The notes under the pieces were generated by a model, which made no database searches, had not been told where the DNA came from, and was given only the letters and a program-made list of their open reading frames with translations. This document shows positions 12,901 to 27,300 of a DNA stretch of 64,000 nucleotides, piece after piece; the first letter of the stretch is position 1, and every line of letters begins with the position of its first letter. The DNA is from Lineus longissimus. Taxonomy: Eukaryota. Location of the stretch: the NCBI RefSeq assembly GCF_910592395.1, contig NC_088308.1:1-64000 (forward strand), given 5' to 3'. The position numbers and the translations under genes were made by a program.

Positions 12901-15900
12901 TTATGGCATAGCAGCTTGACGCCCCATGTCATGGAGGTATGGCATAGCCGGTTTGACGTCAATAAAGAATAAGCGCGGATAACTACGCAATAGAATCGTA
13001 AGCGCATTATGAATGCAGCAAAAGGCAGAATTGGCAAACAAGGAAATAAGTGCAGGTACCTCATTCTAAATGCATTCAAAACTAACGGATATCAATATTA
13101 CAAAAACCAAAACGAAATTTAGATTGAAATTAAAAGAATGGCTCATATCATTCTGTATTGTTTACCTGCGCGTGTATTGATGAAGTCGCTGTCATAGTTG
13201 GGCGCTTAAATCCTCCCACAGGTGGTAGCGGGGGTGGTGGTGGAGGTGGGGGAGGAGGTGGAGCAGCTGGGACAGCAGGCGCACTGTGGCGGGATTCTCT
13301 TTGTAGCTGTTCAATCGGAGGAGGTGGTGGAGGAATGAATTGTGGGCTGGGACTTTGAGGTTGCCATTTCGTAGGGGCAAAAGTGGTGTTGTCGCGCGGT
13401 GCGAATCGTATCGACTGCTTCACAAGACTGTCGTCATGACCAGGTGCAGTTTGTGTTGTAGAGTAAGGCTGTGAAGTATACGGAGATGAATAGTCTGGCG
13501 AATTACTGCTTGAAGAATAAGGATAGGCGTTTTGAGGAACACAGGACTGGTAGTTTGCGTTAGAAGGATATTGCGGTGTAGAAGTATCAGGCACCTGGGG
13601 TCTTGAGTCGTGCTGTGATGCGTGGCTAAAGTGTGGCTGTGTCTCCACTGGCTGTTCCCATGATGGCTGCCTCGCGTAACCATATTGTGGTTGTGTTTCT
13701 GCTGGTTGTTCCCGGGAAGTTTGTCGCCCGTAACTGTACTGGGGTTGTGTTTCAGAAGGAGGTGTATGTTCATATGATGGCAGTCTTCCGTATTGTGATT
13801 CAGTTGGTTGTGGTTGTTCACGGGATGGTTGTCTTGCGAAGCTGTACTGCGGCTGTGTCTCAGCCGGCGGCAATGGTGCACCATATGTCCAGGGAGCCGG
13901 GGCCTGGGAGCGTGGGCTGCTTTGTTGAGCCGTCGAGCCAGAGAACCCGTAGCTCTGTGGCTGTGATGTGTTCAACATCTGTCTCCCATAGGATGGAGAA
14001 TCATGTCGTTCTCCGTATGTTGGTGACATAGTATCCGTTCGATGTTGAGAAGAGTTCGAGAGTTGCCGCCCGTATTCCTGTCTGCCAAAGGAGGGCGACC
14101 TAGTCTCTGCACGCCGCTGCGAGTTATTGGATAACTGCCTTCCATAGGAAGGCTCGCCATAACTCGGCGACATGGTGTCAGTCCGTCCGTAAGTTCCAGA
14201 TGTAGACTGTGATACGTTTGAAAATTGCCTGCCATAACTCGGCTCCGATTGCCCGCTGTAACATGAGGACATTGATTGCGTCATGCCATAATTGGGTGAC
14301 ATTGGGCCTGATCCTCCTGAAGACTGTCTCCCATATCCTCGGGATCCACTGGAGTCCTGCGACGATTGCCTCTGATATGTGGGCTTAACATCCACGGATA
14401 CAGGACTAGAATAACCATAATTTGAATTTGTAACAGTTTCATAAGAAGGTGGTTGATATCCGCCACGGTTTGGTGACAGGGAGCTAGCAGGGGAGCCATA
14501 ACCGCTAGCCGATCTGTTGGGATCCTGATAGCCCTGCCCCTGGTAGCCGTGCCCGTCCTGACCTCCATACCCATGTCCTGACTGCGTTTTGGGCGGTGCT
14601 TGCCGCTCGTAATAGTGGTACTCATTGGACGAGGCTGACATTGCTGGGATATTGCCGTTTGGAGTGCTTTTGTAAGAGTCGTAGGGAATCGCCTGTGATG
14701 ATGACATGATAGGTTCCGGTGGAGTGAGGAGACCGCCTCTGAAAGTTGAAGAAAGGTGCTTTAGTTTGGTATTGTGGATTGCAATCGTTGCTAGAAGAAG
14801 CCCAATGTCACGTCACATTGGCCCTGATTTGATAATATTCAATATCATTACCCTGCCAACATCGGAACACCGACTGAACCCCATGAGCGGTAGTGTACAC
14901 CTGATTAAATCCTTGTATCCAAGATCGTGACCTCTCAATCCTATGTGATACTTACCTCATTCTTTCACTTTAAAGAATAAGCAAATCGAATGATTAACCA
15001 TAAAGATGAAAAAAATTCTGAAGTCCAAATTTTTTTTTTACTGGGTTTTTTTTCTGCTCAAAATGAACCAACATCTTCAGTCCCAAAACTTTTTTGGCTT
15101 TGAAATTTTTTCAGAATTTTGACTTTTTTCTGCTAACCCTTACCCTATTAAATGTCAATATTTCGATTGAAGACATATGAAGACTGTGCCTCGAATTGGC
15201 TGATTCACTCCACACCCGTTATATGTCTTCCCGGGCATTGCGCCCATCTTCATATTGCTCCAGATAACTTGCGGCCAAGGGAGCTGATGTGTATGACGGC
15301 TATGTATTTATCTTTGGGTAAATCAGAGCTATACGAGAAAATTCTCTCGGATGACTTGATACTTACTTATGAATAGTTAACTGAAGAACGTCGTGAGTAT
15401 TCTTGATGATATCTTGAGCCTCATTGTGCGTCAGGTCAACTGAATCTATGTTGGAGACCTTTAGGATAAGGTCCCCAGTTGCCAGCGCCGTGGAGGCGAC
15501 ACTTCCTGCAGTCACCTGCAAATATTGAAAAGACAGATTCTGGACTATGATTGAACTTTGGAATCACGAGCATATATGTTGACCTACGCGCCGGTGGAAG
15601 CATAACTAATGGGTTGGCTAATCTCCGTTTTATGGACATTCATCGATACCTTATGTGTTATATACAGGTGATTACATTGTATATCGCCTTGTGCATCTTG
15701 AAACTATACCGGCTATTGCATGCAGGATCACTGGGATCTCAGTGATTATCGTAAGAGAAGGCGAGCTGCCCTGCGTCTGACGTATAATTATCATTTTTTG
15801 TTATGACTTGAAATATATCAGCTATCCTTATACTATTGTGCCATTCGTGAAATGACTGTTCTAAACATTACGTTTTGAGGAACTAACTGGCTGGACTTGG

Positions 15901-17584
15901 CAATGCTATATACATGTATGCATTTTCCGCGCACACACTGCTCGGTTCTTTCAAAATGGCGTCTGTTTTAAGGATGAAGTATTTGGCAGATCTGCCTAGT
16001 TGGCGCATTCACCCAGGAAATGCCTATACCGTCCTGAGACGACCAGCTTTGCCAATACATTGAAGAAATTCACTCGCAGGTTACTTGCGTGGTTGTTTTT
16101 TGGTTAGAATGAACCTGAACATAATATGGAATCTCTTGCCAAGCCAAAGCGTTACTCATTCCATCTGTTTCTTCTCACCTGGTATGATAATATCATGGAT
16201 GATGTACAGGCAGAGGAAACGTACAGGTAATGTACACAGATACAGCTATACTAGCAAGTATATGAGACTTCCTTCACACAACCCACTTGGTAGATATATA
16301 CAGCTTACCATTGCTATAGCTGTCTATGATGGGTGGAGAAAACCGTGTACGAAGGTGAATACACGGTGACAAAACGCTACAGTAGTGCATTAGCAGTTTG
16401 AAAGTGGTGATAACGGCCATTGTCAACCCGTGATATCTCTGCACCACTGGCACCAGCATGAACTGCAGGATCATTCACTTGGTTGTTACCTGCCTTTTGT
16501 AGTCACGCAGGCGAGGAAGGAGCATCCAACAAACACTTTCCTGAGAATACCAGCATGTAACCAAGCTTACAATATATTGGCGTACTATCAATCAAGATAT
16601 CATGTGACCACCCAAGGTCACACTCGATGTTCGTTGTCCGACACCTAGTGCTGTCTCTCGGCTCCAACCTTGTCAACAACAACTACATTTACATGTACCA
16701 ACCTGACAACGACTCACCGCTGGTCTCCACGAACACGTGCTGATGAATGTCTTGCTCATATTTTATCCAAGCGCCAGCATTTTAGCAAATGTTGCAATGT
16801 GTAACTGGTATCCATATCACAGATACTGGAAGTGGTCCACCATCTTTATAATGTACCAGTAACTCAGACGCATATACGCATACATGGCGACGTATCCCGA
16901 CAATACACAGACACGTTGACCTGCTAACATTTCTTTTTACGTCAAACGACCTAGTCTACGAGTAATCAAGGAAAATGTTCCGTATGGCTAAGATTAGTAC
17001 TTCGCATATTTGCATCTGGTAAAAACCTATTTGCTCATGCTAAGGCTAATTGATTTGTCTCAAGCATTTTTAGTGTGAGCAACTCATTTCGGCTCCAAGT
17101 GTTTATTTCGTGAACCCCGTCTATGTACCTCTTACATAGTCAACATTTAACAATATAGATTGAGTTATTTGGTTAACCCCTTGTCGTCTCTAACATTAGG
17201 ATTTTCATACAGGGGTACTTTTTTGGTTGAGATAGCCATTAGCTATGAGACGGAAAACCAATACCAACAGCTAACCTGAGTTATTAATTTCTATTTCAAA
17301 ACACATGAAACTTGATATATCTTAGGCACCGGTATTTCGGAATTAAAAACAACCAACGCAGACGATGCTTAGGAATCCACGAGAACGGAGTCAGCCATCA
17401 AGGTCACGCCTGCTGTACCTCACCCTCCCTATGAACAAACTCATATCGTGCATGCCTCGAAGAAACCATAGCTTTGGTAACCTACCCGCTGAACAGAGAG
17501 CGGCTGCTGATAATCCCTCCCTCCTTGCAGCCGGAAGCCCCACGGCACGTCTGGGCTTGGTCTCCTCAACCATATCGTCTCCAT
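6990..17584 (-). CDS. PDZ + Zasp-like-motif protein (ALP/Enigma/Zasp family, no LIM domains), ~1452 aa, paralogue A
   Basis: Exons: 17584-17486 ([33 protein letters not shown]), 15515-15367 (VTAGSVA...GDLILKV...LTHNEAQDIIK), 14738-13166, 11934-11801 (KSPFTY), 11374-11192 (HGQYNSP), 11013-10712 (FDPTQSAAYKMI, QSRSFKLLQ), 10495-10196, 9969-9901, 8887-7409, 7141-7103, 7021-6990. All GT-AG, phases consistent, total 4359 nt. The last two small exons are less certain. Confidence 0.85.
12455..12960. repeat. 71-bp intronic minisatellite made of two related ~35-bp halves, ~7 copies
   Basis: GGCATAGCAAGTTTGACGTCCCATGTCAGGAGGCATAT alternates with GGCATAGCAGGCTTGACGCCCCATGTCATGGAGGCAT. Confidence 0.95.
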
Positions 17585-18288
17585 GACAATATTTGGCGCC
17601 GAAAACCGGCCTTACTTTTGAAAAACGGCAAATATCCTTGAAGTGAGCCAAGGCGGTGTGTGACTAAAGCCCTTCTCAAGATAGACGGCTAAAAATAGCA
17701 CCTCTCAAAGGTGCATTTAAGACAGGTAGTGCGGTTTGGTCTGAGGAAGGTCACGTGATATCCGGCAGCCATCTTGAATGTTCTAGGTACACACTACCAA
17801 CAGAGCGTTATATTTGCTGTGCACGCTAACCTGACGTATGATTCATGCTTAATCAGTTAACTGATGCAGACAAAATAAGCTTGGTATAAAAGAGGATTCC
17901 TTGAGGAAACCACCGTTTCTTTCGATCTCCACACAGTACGACGTTTGACCATTAATGCATTTGATGCATTCATGTGCTTGAAATCAATGTATTGTTATAA
18001 AAGGAACACGCAGGCCTATCTAAAAGTTAAATGGAACAGCCTCCTGTTTAATGTATTAAGTGGTGATTGGATTTCGCTAGTTGAGATCAAGTTGAACGAA
18101 ACCTGAGCTATATCTGCATTGCCCAAGTTGACATGTGTATGGACACAGTAATGCGGTTCCAGCCTAAAATCCATTGTAGCAAACATGTATGAGGGACATA
18201 AATTCCTTTTCCGGGTACATTTGATGGTAACTCGATCATTGGCATCAGACTAACTGCCGAATGTCGAACTACGACATGGAAGGGAGTG

Positions 18289-18799
18289 GTTGTATCACAA
18301 CAAGAGAACAGCTGTCTCCCTAAGACTGAGCCAGCTTCTCTGCTGCTCAACTCGATCTGGGGTTGTATCGCAACAAGACAACAGCTGTCTCCTACAGACT
18401 GAGCCAGCTTCTCTGCTGCTCAACTCGATCTGGGGTTGTATCGCAACAAGAGAACAGCTGTCTCCTAAAGACTGAGCCAGCTTCTCTGCTGCTCAACTCG
18501 ATCTGGGGTTGTATCGCAACAAGACAACAGCTGTCTCCTACAGACTGAGCCAGCTTCTCTGCTGCTCAACTCGATCTGGGGTTGTATCGCAACAAGAGAA
18601 CAGCTGTCTCCTAAAGACTGAGCCAGCTTCTGTGCTGCTCAACTCGATCTGGGGTTGTATCGCAACAAGAGAACAGCTGTCTCCTACAGACTGAGCCAGC
18701 TTCTCTGCTGCTCAACTCGATCTGGGGTTGTATCGCAACAAGAGAACAGCTGTCTCCTACAGACTGAGCCAGCTTCTCTGCTACTCAACTCGATCTGGG
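18289..18799. repeat. 73-bp minisatellite, 7 copies
   Basis: Unit GTTGTATCGCAACAAGAGAACAGCTGTCTCCTACAGACTGAGCCAGCTTCTCTGCTGCTCAACTCGATCTGGG. Confidence 0.95.
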
Positions 18800-21396
18800 T
18801 AAACCACTGGCCAACTGTCTCGTTTTGTTCCTCTGGAATACAGCCCGTCCCAAGAAATGATAAATGAATCGTTCTGTTCCTCACTATCACAGGAAGAGAC
18901 GTCAGTATTAACCCAGTTTATTTATCACTGCATTGATATGCATTGAGTGGTATTTTATGAGTAATCCTGATTACCTGTTAGAGCAGACTTTATACCTGAT
19001 ATACACGTACAGTCTAACAGAATCATTTGCTCAGGAATGCTGTTGACGCTGGCGTTGGCGGCCAACTTATGTCATGCGTGGCCACACAATGTGACCGCTA
19101 ACAACCTCACACCTGCGGATGACGGCGAATTGGAAAAATATTCTGCATATATGTTAAAGCAAATCATGCAGCCTATACTTCATAATAAGTTATGGATCGA
19201 AATAGTGCAGTTATCAGCTCCCCAAGTTGAAATATAACCCTGTTGAAGCGGGTCATCGACACTGTTTGATTTGGCATGCAGGCATATACAGAGAACAGAC
19301 TTCTACAGATACCGAAACCTCATTATCACAACACGACGAACATCGATGCTTGCTCACTTCTCCTAATGATGAACTTAACACCGAAAGTAGCTATTTGACC
19401 TTGTGGATGTCAAGTCATCTGGCCCTGGAGAGTGAAAGAAAATACAAAGTCGGGCCAGAAATAAACTATCGGACAGGCCGATGGGTACTTACCTTAATGT
19501 ATGACTTCCAACACCACTGCACCACCACTGACAATCTAAGAAAGGTCACGAGCTCCTCTCTCGTCCAGCGTGGGCGGACCGTCTGCTTCAAAGTGAGAAT
19601 AACAACATAACCTGTGCACGTGCCGCGGAATTAAAACCAATCAGCTTTTTGAATATCCACAACCAGTGAAACTGATGATATACGATATCATGATCTTTGA
19701 CTTTCAATAGCTGACTGCGCTTCGTGAGGTGAAGCGGAATATCAGCTGTAGCTAGTGAGGTTGTCAAGGGTTATGTAACTATCGCTCTAAAGCACCAAGT
19801 AAACTTGAAAATCAGGTGATAGTGACTAGTTTACCACCGAATCATAATATTGATATTTCGATACTAATATTGAGAATATTAATACATGTAAGCATATGTT
19901 AGTCTTTGCACATGTTTACTGAGGATCTAGGCAATCGAAAAAAAGGTACTTCATCTTCCCAATGAGGCGTTATACCGTTTCGTCGCTGATTGTTGCTGAC
20001 AAGATTGTCTATTCAAATCATCTAATGATAACAGTTCCCGACAATCCTTCATTCCCGAAAGGAAACTGCATGAGGAAACTCACTTATAGAACATGTGGTT
20101 GCAGACAATTACAGAATTAAAATAAACCGATGGTAGGAACGATAGTTCATACAGTATAGTCTAAATATCAAAAATAAGTGCATGTCATTCACCATTGCCA
20201 TTCAGCCTGATCGAGAATGTGACATCTACTGTCATAACTTCGTGACTGCCATGAAAAGGTTTGGTTAAAATTTCAATGGACTCGATTTTATTCTTCAGTT
20301 TAACATGTTTAATTGACAACATAGAGTAATGGAATCGATTTGACATGTTTCACCCATTTCCAATATGCGCGTGTAATCGGTGGGGAGCCAGAAGGAATCC
20401 ATTCATTTGTTACGTGCAGCTGTTGGCTCAATAAAGGCATTTTGTTATTTGAGTTCGGTGCTGTCTATTAGAGCGGTGTGAAAGCAAAAATATATAACGT
20501 TTGCTTATATATTTTTGGTGAAAGTACGATATTTTGAGAAAAAAGCGATAATGCTCACAGAAAAATTGCATAATTTGAGGTAGGTAAGGCTACGTCAATT
20601 ATGAAAACAGAGAAATAGCGTCCGACGGCTATTACGTATAAAGTATTTTTACTCATACATATGACTTAATCGCTCTTGACATACCTTCCTGAAAAAACAC
20701 CACAACAGAAAGCGTATCTCCGCTTCCTTACTATAGATAGCGCCACAAACACGAAATTAAAAAAGTACTCTCTATTCTCTGAAGAGCGCGATTGGTTTGA
20801 TGATTCAGGTTATTCGAAAGGTGTTTTATAATTGAGAGTTAACAAAATAGTACATCTATGTTATTTTCTGCCAGTCAAACAAGATCCAGGGGGTCGAGGT
20901 TGGTGTGTGGTGATAGGGGTCATCCTGGACTAACATGTCGTAGAGACATGCTTCCTTCGTCTTACAGTGGCCTTATCACCACTTATTGTGTTGTGTCGGG
21001 GAAGCGTGAGCTTCAATTTGATCTCTACTTAATTATGCGTTTACCATTTCTTACAAATGTTTCAGCATCTACTACGCGATCATCGATAGCTGTGTAGTGC
21101 AGACCACAAAAAAATGGGACGAGAAAAAATATCAGAGAAGAAAATCCCCTGTAGACAGAATCTTCTCCCGGCACTGATGTTCCATTCGGCAAGCGTGCGT
21201 AGAGTAGAGCCTTGGGCTAGTGCAGGTCAGTCTGCTAACATCCCACCTGAAGGGTCGCCACGAACTCTAACTTGTTGCCCACCCCGCCGTCTGAAGAAGC
21301 GCGCGGATTTCACTTCCGGTAGTCTCGTTCTGGCTCTGCCGGCGGTGCCACCATCTTCTCCCTGGCTGCTCTCTCTAAAGGATGACCTAGTTGATC

Positions 21397-24300
21397 ATGG
21401 CTGGTTCCTCGTTTACGTGCCGCCTTTACAGGGATGGCTTGCAGACACCCTGGGGCTTCAGGCTACAGGGAGGAAAGGATTTTAACCAGCCCTTAACCGT
21501 ACAGAGGGTAAGTCAAATAGCATGATATCATTCTAAATGCCCCCACCCATCACCCATTACTATATGCAAGCATACCTGTTCTAGGGTTACAGGTTAGATA
21601 TGCACCGATGCACTTGGCAAATGTACGTTAGTTGTGGAATGCAGCAGATAACAACATATTGCTGCAAGAAATCATCGTTATTTGCTTAACAAATGTCTAA
21701 ATTAGCCAAACGATATTTCCCATTTGCTATGGAGAGATAACATCCCAATGAATTCCCTGTGCATTGTGCATGAGATGCCTACAGAACATGCAACATTTGA
21801 CACTACGTAACCTTGACAGAGCGTTTCAAGTCTACTGAACTATCTGCTTTTACTAAAGGTGTGCATCTCATCACCTTCAACAAGCTGGCCACTCCATATT
21901 CCCCGCCCGAACCAACTGCTTCTTGAGGTTTCGGTGCCCTACCATTCAGGTAGCCATGCAGTGTTACATATTGCTACCTGGCTTTGGGGCTCCAAAGGGG
22001 CGAACGCTACCATGATTGCCACTAAGCAGCCGATGTCCTTCTTCAACCTTTCTGTGCTTAAATTCGTCGTTTAGGTTCGGTTCTCTCTTTCTGAGCGTGT
22101 GTCATTTCTACCACGAATATGGCGACCAAGATGGCTTCCGCCAGGACTGAAGAGAATGCTATTTTTGATCCTGTAACAGAACATAACACGACACTCCCAT
22201 GTTCCGATGTTACAAATTATATTCCCTTGACTATGCTAATATCTCGAGATTCACTTTGCCACTCTTCGAGAAAACATGATGGCTGATGATGTATTCCAAT
22301 AGGCGTTTCAGTATGGAAACATTACTAAAAAGATCATGGATATTATACTGCTCAAGCTGAGATAATAAAGACGTATGAAATGATCCCATCTTCTTCCCAC
22401 AAGAGTTTACATTCACATTAGTTCGTGCAGTTGAGCAGCTCAGAAAGACAGTTTATATCAATATCAACCCTAAACTACTTTTGAATTCATTTATTTTATG
22501 GTAATGGACAGCAACAGGTTGAGTGAAGGCCTGTAGCAAGCGGTTTCTCGTGGCGTTACCTTACCAATTTATAGGCCTATAGACATCCTACTGTAGCCAG
22601 CGCTTTCAGGGTTGTAGAGAAGGAATGTTCTGTATACATGTATGAATCTGTATCTACAATACCTTCTTGCAATGGCACAACCTGCGTAACGTCTACAAAT
22701 GAATACCTAGAGGTCAGGTAGAATCAGTTGGCTCTGATGGAGTAAATCATGTGTTTCTAGTTCAAAGAGTAAGGGAAACTAGCTAATTAACCTATCTATG
22801 ATGAAGGAATCTTACCGCACAAACGAAATCACAGAAATGGCACCAAGCCCAAATCTCGCACAAGGAATTTCTTCACATGACCTGAGATACAAAGTATACC
22901 TTCATTTCGATAATCTGTGCAAAGCATGAAAGAAAATATAAATGATTGGTAGATTTACAAGAAAGCCTAATTTAGACCCCTTTCATCGATTTAAGCAAAT
23001 ATTGTTTCCTAACTCAAGCTCGTCACTCAGGAGATCTATGAAAATGAGACTGATTCTGTTGTTGCAGCGGCTGCCGCCAGGGATAAGTATTTCCTGTCAG
23101 CTGTTTGCATGCAATGGGTTCGATCAGTATCAAGACTAGATTGGATCGCCACTAGTTGTATATCAAAGGATGCTTATGTTTCTAAATGCCTACAAGTAAT
23201 CATGTGATGTCAGCGTCTGGCTTCAGTTGAATGTTCCACACTGAATATTAGTACATTATCTATCGAATATATGGCCTATATAACCCACTGCACCTATTCT
23301 TTGGATACAAGCTACTTCAAGTTCCCGTTGATTCAAGTATACCTATACTACTACTTCAGTATAGCATTATGTATGGCTAGTCCATGTCTAACCCCATCCA
23401 TTCGGTTTACTTGCAAGCACACGCTAACTTCCATATAGCGCTATGAAATATGAGATGCGCTTGGCAAGGAATCCAATGGAGATACCTTGCTTCTTGAAGC
23501 AACTTGCTCAGCTATTTTCAGTACCATAATACCTGATCTTCGCATCCGAGTTCGTATACCTGTGTATGTGGTATTGGGCAGCACTAGTTACAACTGAACA
23601 TTAATGAAGTGCTTCTTATTCATGAAAAGCTTGATGATATTACTGACCTTGAACATATTAAACTGGTCGCTTTCTACCGTGCTTACACACAATATTTAAA
23701 AAATGGCAGCTTTAAACCAGGCCATGGTGATTTAGCGGAAACTGGGAGGAAACAACCTGAAAACAGTATAAGTGTTCCGCTAAATCGTCCTTTAAACCAG
23801 TGGTATGCATCTTCTACCATTCGCCATTAGCGGCGGACTGTAACCACTGAACGCTCAAGATAATCCACCACCTAGTCTGAACATCTGAAGGAACAAACAA
23901 CTGGTTTGTAATACAAGGGTCAATGGGATGAAAAAGCACACAGCCAGAGCACCGATATTCTGATAAAACGAAACCTTGGTTTCGAATGGGATCCCTAGCT
24001 GTTTATAGTCTCAGAAAACGTATGATAATACGGTAACACACCGCACTAACTAGGATTCCATGTATGCGTGATGGTAAAATTGAGCAACTGAAACACGGGC
24101 TGAAGCGCTACTCCTGGAACAGAATAGGATTAGTTGGAGTTGGTGGTCTTAAAAACAAAGAAGAAAACCAGCTTTTCCACAATGGGCAAGACAAGCGACA
24201 TGCAAGCGAGAAAGCATTCCTGATTTATACGAACACAGCAGGTGCAGAGATGATATTCAATCTCAAACCGTGTAATCTACATCAGGCTAAATGTCAAACC

Positions 24301-27300
24301 CTTCAACCTATCAGTCAAGCAGATCTCTGCTCTAACCACAGACGGTACTGAAGACCAGATGAATAGCTTCTTTGATGCAGTCACAGAAAGGGCACCCAAA
24401 GCAGGATATCCACCTTCTCATGGGGGACTCGGATGCGAAAATTGGTACAGATGCATACGACTCGTGGAAAGGCACGATTGGAAAACTCGGCCCGGGGGTT
24501 ACCAGTGACAGAGGCTTGCGGCTACTCGAATTCGCACAGTTCGAAGAAGTTAACGATCTGTAACACGCTCCAATGCTTTGATAGGAAGGTTCATGGGCAT
24601 ACCAGAGGAAATACCACATCAACTCGGGTATCATAAATTCCATAGAGGCCCTGTACGCAGCATCGACGAGCATGGTTCGAGTAGGAGGTGACTTCAGCAA
24701 GTGTTTTCCCACAGTGAGACAAGGGTGTCTCTTATCACCAACTCTAGCTGTGCAACATATTCCTCGAGCACATCATGGCAGAGTCACTCGTAGAATTAGA
24801 ATCCCCTTTGACCATCTCGAGCCGAATGATTACGAACCTAAGGTTCGCATTGCATGGTCCAATAAAAGACCAGATGGACCACTTCAAGAAGGCGGACAGA
24901 ACAAGCGGCAGATATGGGATGGAAAGTAGTCTAGAGAAAACAAGGACGATGGCATCTAGCGCAGGAGAGTAGATCGATGTATGCATAAGGGACTACCACC
25001 TGGAGCAGGTGAAAAAGTTTGTTTACCTGCGTTCTACACAAAAGGAGGATTGTACGTCCCTCAAGGAGGTGAAAACGAGAATTGCCAAAGCTGCATTTTC
25101 CCTGTCCAGACCGAAGAGGACATGGCGGGACCGCAACATCTCCACAGAGATCGCTGGTGATGTCAATATTCCTGTATGCCTCAGAATCATATAACGATGA
25201 CTTCTGAGATAGAAACACACATCAATGCTTTCGTCAAGCTCAACTCTTACCTCAACATACCATACGACGACTGGTCGTGAAGGCAAGCCTATCACTCTAC
25301 CGGTCATCACATTCCAACCAATCTCAAGATTCATTACTCTATAACAAAGTGGTACCTTAACTTCCACCTTTCGACTTCCATCATAAAATGTTTACATGTA
25401 ATGTGCTGATCATCACCTATTAAATCTACACCTTACTCAACATTAATATAGCCATGGCCATGGTACTTTGATACCATAGTTGAATGTAACAGTGAAAAAC
25501 ACGACCGGACAGGTAAAATGCAGATTTGTTCCATCTCACAGTTTGAGGTGAACCAAACTTAAATCGTGACACTGATGACTGGAATACATCTTGAGCTTCG
25601 TACTCTTTTAGATAGCAAGGGCAACCAACGGTTTATTCAAGTTATTTTTATTCATTTGGTGGCGTAGAGCCCAAAACGTTCCGGGATATTTCTTAAGGAA
25701 TCTTCGAGTTTCTAGCATTAATGGCGATGGAGGGATTCGAGTTGTGAGGGTTCGGTAACGTTCGAGTGTCTTGGCCCCAATGTTGGGCAAAAGGACTGTA
25801 TGGATTTAATCATTTCGATAACACTGACCATCTAGGCAGATCAGGATGCCTCTTCAGATCAGGGTAAGGCATTTCTTTCGTAGTCACCTCACATTCTTAT
25901 CTTATTGATACTGAACGATAGGTGTCTGGTCTATTCTTAAGACCAGCGATGTAGGCTAACGAGGCATGTTCTCATCAATGGACCCGGTATGTAATAAGGA
26001 ATAGATAATGGTAGTGATGAAACAATGTTGACCAACTTATCAGTAAAGATTGCGAAACTATCTCGTTCAGACCTTGCAGCCAGTTTTGATTAAACCTTTC
26101 AGAAGTCGTCCTTGGTGTTGCTACACAAGGTACTGAGCTAATTGTATACGGCAACCCTTTTTTTAGCAGTGACACACTTAAGTCTGCCTGGAGTCTCACC
26201 CCAAATTCAGAGGTCGAAGCAGGGACTCGACCGCTAGCCGAGAGCCCGAGCCACTTGCAAAGATCAGAGCGGGTCCTATAGAGGAGCGCTTGCCGCTCCG
26301 TTAGAATCATTTGTATTTTTGAATTTGAGAAACAGTTCGAGTGTGCAGTGATGTATATAGGTTGTCAGTCACCTAGCTACCGCCCATTACTCCTTCGAAA
26401 CATTGCATATGCGCATTGAGTGATGGACATGCCCACCTGACAGGGTGACGTAGTCACGTTATCACCGTTTTTAACATCACCCGATCCGAACAGAAGACTG
26501 GAGGCTATTCTAGAACAGACATTTTGTTCTTTTTTTTTAAAGAAGAGTTTACCTGACGTTACAACGATAGCGAGCGCTGTTGTCCTTAACTAAATCTCTT
26601 CTACCTCATTGGGGGAACTCAAGGTAACCGGCTCCGAAAAGGCAATAGGCTTAGATAAGGTTTCGTTCGCCTCTGCTTGAGATGTTGCTCTTCTAAGATA
26701 CTCGCCTCAGCAAAGTCCTACACTTCCCTCCTCTCGCTTAGTAGGCCTAAATCCTGCAACTCCACGACGCTTATATCCGTTGACTAACAGGTACTGTGAC
26801 CTTCTTCTTCTTTCGATAATTGCCATTTTTTGTAGCCCCATTAACTACCTTTCTGACCTGAAGGCATGTTGCAGTAATTCGCCTTCTGTCCATATATTCG
26901 CGTTTGCGTGCTAAACGACAAGAGCTAAAGATATATAGGATGGGTTACCACAAATCATGTTTATTTACGGTTTCTTCTGACTCTCTGTTCTTAATGGGCG
27001 ATTTTTATCCCGTTTGCACAACATCATTGCCGTTTTTCACTTACTCTTCAACAAATCTCACATTGTTCAGCTGTTGAAGGTGTTCTTTATTGCATGATAG
27101 TCGGCGACACCTTCCAGAATAGCATTTTGGTCTTAAACCAGAGCTTCTGGGTGAAAGCATCATCAACAAGTTGACTCTTCTGCCTATGCAATTATTGTTA
27201 TCTTAGACACCAGCGAATTCCTCTAACGTGATGATGCGCGTATTCTCTGCCTGATCGACAACACTAAGGGAACCTGTATGGAGAAGGAGGACTGACACAG

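Noticed and set aside
7447..14625. Antisense and alternate-frame ORFs over the large exons of paralogue A
   Set aside because: Shadows of low-complexity coding sequence.
14945..14960. U1 snRNA-like ATACTTACCT
   Set aside because: No U1 body follows; it is just a minus-strand donor consensus.
5368..18799. CRISPR-like appearance of the 43-, 71- and 73-bp arrays
   Set aside because: Head-to-tail units without unique spacers, no cas genes, eukaryotic context.
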